Source: Blepharisma stoltei ATCC 30299 (taxonomy: Eukaryota; Protista; Ciliophora). Taken from it: a stretch of 64,000 nt of DNA. The position numbers were made by a program, and so were the translations under genes. Shown here one piece after another: positions 58,517-64,000 of this stretch. Below the pieces are notes generated by a model that saw only the letters and a list, made by a program, of their open reading frames with translations, was not told where the DNA came from and did no database searches. The DNA lies in the NCBI GenBank assembly GCA_965603825.1, contig CBFDEM010000002.1:310001-374000 (forward strand), written 5' to 3'. The number at the start of each line of letters is the position of its first letter. Position 1 is the first letter of the stretch.

Positions 58517-59073
58517 TGCATTTATTTAACATTTGTTTTACTTAATATGAGCTATTGCTTGGCTATAATTAATCATTATATGCTATTTCATTAATAAAGA
58601 CAAATGAACTAATTAATCAACAGCTATGAAATAATAGCATTCTTTCTTTAATCTCGTCGTGGTAAATACAATTTATATCGCGTTCATAATATATGTTGTG
58701 CTGCCCAATAGCTAAAGCAGATAATGATCCAATATTTCCTCAGTAATCATATTGTAAACCTGCAAATCACATTTTACACTGAACTTTTCAAAATTTTAGC
58801 ATCCATAATCATCTTTTATAATTTTGTTCCTAAATCTTTATGATCCGCTAGCAACTCTTTAAAATCTTTTAAGCTTATATCTAATCTGTCAGCCAAATAT
58901 CAGGAAAATTTTTTTGTCTATCACCTTGCCCAATCTTAATCTCATTTCTCCCTCTTTAAATTAACCAGCTAAAACCCTACTTATTTAATTGAATAATCAA
59001 TCATTCACAAAGTACCTTGAAAATTTGATAATTTAATATTAATTCATTATAGATTTTCTATAATAAAACGGAT

Positions 59074-62000
59074 ATGTTGGTCTTACTTTCCATCTTAACA
59101 CTTACTCTAGGAAAAGACTATGATACTCTTTATACCGAAAACCTTTATGCTGAACAAACCGATTGTTCTGGGACTCGTCAACTAGTTTGCTTCTATTGCA
59201 ATACAAACTATACATATACAGTTGACGGAAATAAAGATTTTCAAATCGAAGGTCTCTTTCAATCTGAGCTCGATATAATGTACTCAGTAATAGACGATCT
59301 AGAAGTTTATATAAACGGCACTGAGTATGTCATCGCATTAGGCAACTCTTCTACCTGTATTTCTATAGGAGAAATTTCAAATACCCCAGACTATTCCACA
59401 ATGTTTGTAGAATTGATGGAAGTCGAATATTCAGACCAAGATTTAGCCTTTATTACAGACGAGCCTTTATTAACACAAGTTTTAGCTAACACCAAGTCAG
59501 GCGTCTCTCAAGATTATTACCTAATGCAACTTGTAATGGACTTTGAAACAAGCTCAACTGTTACCTATTTAGACAGAATTGATTTGACCATTGAGAAAAA
59601 ATTGATTAATTTATACCAGCATTATGGGTATTTAGAATATGAAGGAAGTGTCCAAGCAGGCTCAGTAGATAGGGAAAGATTAAATTCTAGCTTGTGTGTG
59701 TCTGTGCCATATACAAATGAAGAAATAAACAAATTTAAGCTCACTATCAATGTAGATACAGAATATACAATGCAAGAATGGGTTAATGGAATTGCTGAAA
59801 CTTCTGGATGCTCAGAAATCCAGTCTCCAAAAGGTTTGGAGTATTTGCAAAATTTGCCTGTAAGCCATACAGTTCTTTGGATTGAAAATAACAGCTCAAG
59901 CCAGGAAACAAGCCTTCTCAGCACTATTGTCTATATTATTGTGCCAGATTTTTCCATTACAACTGGTGTTTATTTGTCAAACCTTAGTGGGACGCTTTAT
60001 ATAAAAAACAATGACTGCGAAATGCATTTTTCAGGGACATGGGAAAATTCAATAAAAAATTTTTTAGTTGATATCGGCTCAGGACTTAATGAGTCTTATA
60101 CTGGACAAGCAATCATAAAGCATGATCCAAAAGTAATAAAATTGGAAGATTTAGAGAATTTAATGAAAAACTTGTATCCTGATTCAAATAGCATTTTGCC
60201 ACAGTACTCTGAAGATTCTGCTTTAAATATGAAACTCTATGAGACCTCCTTTTTCAGCCCTTCTTTATCTTTAAATTTTGACCCTGAAGTAGACATTTCG
60301 GTAACTGGGATTGGAAAAATCGCTGATTATAAAGACTGCTTTTTAAGCGTTTATTTTTCCAGATATGAAACTGTAATAGACTCATATGGTTTTATTGAAA
60401 ATATCAGCGAGCAAGCACTTAACGTTCTTCATGATTTAGATTGGCTGAAAAATGATGGCGTCAGCTTTAAAAATGGCAATCTTCAGTTTGCAACCAGGAA
60501 TATTTCTTATGGGGAAAACTCCACAATATCACCTGGAACTCAAATCAATTCAACTCTTTTCCTTAGCCAGCGTTGTTTTGACCTTGAATTCTGCTCAATA
60601 ATAGCTAAAGGACTTAATGGTACATCAGCAAATGTTTCAAGTATTTATTTTCCATCTGATTTTTATTATTCTTCTTCTCTGCAGAACCTTACTTTTTCGT
60701 CTTTGGTTATTTATGATAATTTTTATTATGCTTATTTTGCTCCTCAAGAAACCCAATTTATATCAGGGTTCTTTGATATAAGTGGAGACTGAAATTCTGA
60801 GCTGAATTTCCAGGCGAATATTACTACAGTGTCTGGAGACGCCTTTTTAGCAGCAAAAATGACAGGAACGTGAAAGTCTGTGCTTAATATTACTAGTCTA
60901 GAGATACCATTGCTTGATATCACAGCTGACATCAATTTAACATCAATTTTATCATCTTCTGCGGAAGGGAAATGTGAATTTGTAGATTCAACTAGCTCCT
61001 GGCCAGGAGATATTATGGTGTCATTGAATATTAAAGACTATAACAAAAACTTCTTCGTTGCAGATATGTACCCAACATCTGCTGAATTATTCTTCAAATT
61101 TATCACTCTAAAAAGTGAACTTGACAGCGTCATTGCCACATTTAATTTTTCAGCTGGCTGTACTATTGAATACTCAGAACAGGAGTATACTTTTATGTCA
61201 GAAGGATTCTATCTCAATGGCCCAACAGAGTTTATGGGTCTCCCCTGCTCCTTCACAGCCAAGACTCTTGAGCTAACAGAAACACTAAACATGACTGTAT
61301 ATATGCCAGGATTCACTTGTGGAGAAAACAATATCAGGGTTTCAGAATACAGTGAAAAAATTGTCTGCGACGTGCTTGTAGGACAAACGAACTCTTCAGC
61401 CACTTTTACAGCAGAAATTCGATTATTTGGTATATCCCAAGTTGAGAATATGGCAATTACAGGAGAATATTTTGAGTTTTCTCTTGAAGGAAAGCCATTT
61501 GATGGCGCTTATGGCGCATATTTAGAAGTTTCAGCACCAATGAATGGGGATATCCAGACTGCAGAATTTACTGTTGACTTTAATATTGATTATAAAGAGC
61601 TTGAGTCTATGTCCACCTCAGTATCAGAATACTTAAATAAATGGATCCAAGTTGGCCTTGATGTTTTAGAAGACTCTGAAAATACTTTAGAACAGGCTGA
61701 ACAAACGCTTCAGGGATATTCGGACTTGTTATGCAGCATTTCATGCCCATTAAAGAGCACCTGTGTATCTGATTTTAAAAATACCTGTACTAAGCAGTTA
61801 AGTTATGATTGCACTATTATAGGCGATGTGTGCTCTTCAGTGAATTACACATGCACAGAAACAGAAAATGCATGCTTAGATGATGCTTGTGAATATACAG
61901 CAGATTTATGCCAATACTGGAACAGTACATGTGATGCATACACACAAGGAGGCTGCGACCAACTAAACTTGACCACAATTGGAAAAGAATGTTTAGAATC

Positions 62001-62448
62001 AATTTATGCTTGCGAAACTGAAGAGCTTAGTGATTCTAACTGTGAAGCTGAATGTGAGTTTAATAAAATCGCATATTCTGAGTATTTAGGGTATTATGAT
62101 GGTCTTAACGAAAATTATATAGAAACTTTTGCTGAACTTTCAGGGTTTAAAACACTATCAGAGACTTCACAGTTATTTGCTATTTATTCAGCATCATCAG
62201 TTGTGCCTTTAAATGAAACTGGAATCGGGCCTTCAGACATTGAATTTACAGTTAAATATTCAGCTTATAGCATACTTGAAACGCAATTAGTCAATCTTAC
62301 TGTTAATATCAAGTTTGATTTTTATAATGAAGATAGGAGCAATTTGCACATGTTCAATATCATCAAAAATTCAATTATAGATAATAGTGGAGGAACACTT
62401 AGTGAAGAATTAAAGGAGTATACACCTATGGAGGTTGCAGCAAATTAA
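59074..62448 (+). CDS. Large acidic secreted protein (1124 aa) with Cys-ladder region
   Basis: Signal peptide MLVLLSILTLTLG, many N-x-S/T sequons, beta-rich body, Cys-periodic block. TGA at 60790 and 60871. Confidence 0.85.
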
Positions 62449-62812
62449 TATTTTCTTAAGGTAGAAATTTAAATATTGCAAATTTACTAATTTTTCGTGT
62501 AAAATAGATTATGAGTTATAACAACTCACCTTTGTTTTTTTCTAAATGAGTATATAATTATAAGCAGAAAAAAATTAATTAATAGAATATAAACCTAAGC
62601 AATGTGTGAATTAATCTTATATTTAGCAAATTAAAAACTTGTAGGCAGTTTGAAATAGATAAAAATGTTAAAATGGTACGATGAAACGATATTTTCTATA
62701 AAGTTCTTTAAAATATTAAATTTAATGAAAACAGCAGCAGAAGATTGATTTAAATAATGCAAAGATGTTAATAGGTATCTAAAAATTAAAGCCACTAATA
62801 ATTCACAATTAT

Positions 62813-63857
62813 TTATGCTTTACCTCTGGGCAATATAAACGGCGAAGAGGCGCCGGAGTCTGATTTCACGTATTGCATCGAATTTAGATCTTGTGAGTAT
62901 TCTACAGAGGAGTTTAAAGATGAGGATTTTACTATATTTGAGATATTTAGAGGGCTTTCAAAATACGGACTCCCAGAAGCCTCTTGATTATGATCTGAGT
63001 TTGAATTTGCTTTGAGTTCAAAAGGTGCCTTAGGACGAGCTCATGTAATTCCGTCTCCAATTGGTTTACCAGTTTCCAAATAAACAGGTAAAAACCAAAG
63101 CCAAGGATTTTTTCCGAAAACTTGTCTTCAGTTTCATAATGGGCTTATGCTATAATTTTCAGCTTCTTTATCTAGCATTTCAACAGTAGTCGAGTTTTTG
63201 AGGACTAATTTTATATGAAAATACGTAAACCTTGACAAAATAATCATGAGAATAAGTAAGAAAAAATATACTGCAATGTAGTACAAGTGAGGAATTAATG
63301 ATACTTGAATACTATCACTAAGGATAAGCTCTAATGAGCTATAAACTTGTCCAGTCAGTTTGAATAATATAAAAAATCCATTAATAAGTGAATATAGTAA
63401 TAGCAAAATAAAAATTTTCCTATTGAAAAAACCTACACAGTTGTTGATTCAAGCTGATTTACATATTACGACAATGATGGTCCATGCCTAAAATACAAGT
63501 ATCGCAAGTTGAGCAGTGATGGCAACGCTCTGGTTTGAATGAATGACATACCAGACAATATCGCTTCTTTTTAGTGTCAGAGTCGCTCTGATAAAATCCC
63601 TGCTTGGAGAATACTCAATTTCTTGGAGAATTTCCAGGCTTGCAAATGACAGCTTGAATAAAGCTCCATAACAGAAGAAATAAAAGGATATGGAAAATGA
63701 AGAATGACAGAAAAGATTCTTGATGACCTGATTCAAATTTACTTTGTGTTTTAGGGTAGAAAAATACGATAGCAAAAATATAATACACAAATCCTATCAA
63801 ACCTATTGGGAGCATTAGCAAAAAGTCACCAATTAGTCTTCTGAAATTCATCTTCAT
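62813..63857 (-). CDS. Canonical DHHC palmitoyltransferase
   Basis: [30 protein letters not shown]|PW(TGA)[36 protein letters not shown]. 16-nt intron at 63454-63469 and probable 15-nt intron at 63600-63614. Confidence 0.95.
63454..63469 (-). other. 16-nt intron GTAATATGTAAATCAG
   Basis: Removal restores DHHCPWINNCVG exactly. Confidence 0.93.
63600..63614 (-). other. Probable in-frame 15-nt intron GTATTCTCCAAGCAG
   Basis: GT-AG, A at position 10. Removal gives PGNSPRNWGFY. It has no stop codon, so the frame does not force it. Confidence 0.55.
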
Positions 63858-64000
63858 ATTTTAATTTTTGAGCTGAAAATGATTAAAAATCAACGATCAT
63901 TACTAAAGTAATAACAATCTAAACAATTAAAGAAAAATTTCTCATAAATACAGACTCTTTTAAGAATTTAAAATAATTCATTTTAAAAGTTTACGAAAGT

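Noticed and set aside
435-63857. Functional cluster of lipidation enzymes and substrates (two DHHCs; MGAC, CaaX and CC-tail proteins)
   Set aside because: The genes are dispersed among unrelated ones and these families are large in ciliates, so chance co-occurrence is enough.
1-64000. Retained IESs, transposases, tRNA/rRNA genes, telomere additions
   Set aside because: No TA-bounded insert interrupts a gene, and I saw no terminal inverted repeats, DDE motifs, cloverleafs or telomeric arrays by eye.

Overview
AT-rich, very gene-dense eukaryotic DNA that reads as a ciliate macronuclear (somatic) chromosome segment, most consistent with the heterotrich Blepharisma. Three observations point there. 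(1) In-frame TGA falls on conserved Trp positions in many families (WNK EVAW, WIPI IWD, IQ motifs IQxxWRG, DHHCPW, SK-channel ALWC, GDT1 EWGD, ATP11 RIW, RING W), so UGA = Trp. (2) Every rebuilt gene ends in TAA or TAG. (3) Genes carry tiny 15-17 nt GT-AG introns. The supplied ORF track treats TGA as stop and splits most genes, so I rebuilt about 45 gene models by hand. Recognisable genes: WNK kinase, two DHHC-family acyltransferases, ATG18/WIPI, VIT-vWA, two IQ-motif proteins, FYVE-coiled coil, PEX11, probable POLD3, DENN, SK-type K+ channel, ATP11, ankyrin, PHD finger, USP47-like deubiquitinase, class I aldolase, RPS15A, TPR, SETD3/LSMT-like methyltransferase, TMEM161, a tandem GDT1/TMEM165 pair and a 1124-aa secreted Cys-ladder protein. 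Most unusual items: an HHHC-variant palmitoyltransferase fused to a RING-H2 finger, an unannotated 53-aa secreted His-rich peptide, a REEP/HVA22-ARM fusion, a membrane-tethered leucine zipper with an S1P-like site, a degenerate ATP-grasp protein, a lipidated pseudoprotease-Kelch protein, and two decayed gene fragments (SK channel, CDC20/FZR). I found no rRNA, tRNA, transposase, CRISPR array or telomeric repeat array. All family calls come from motif recognition, not database searches.
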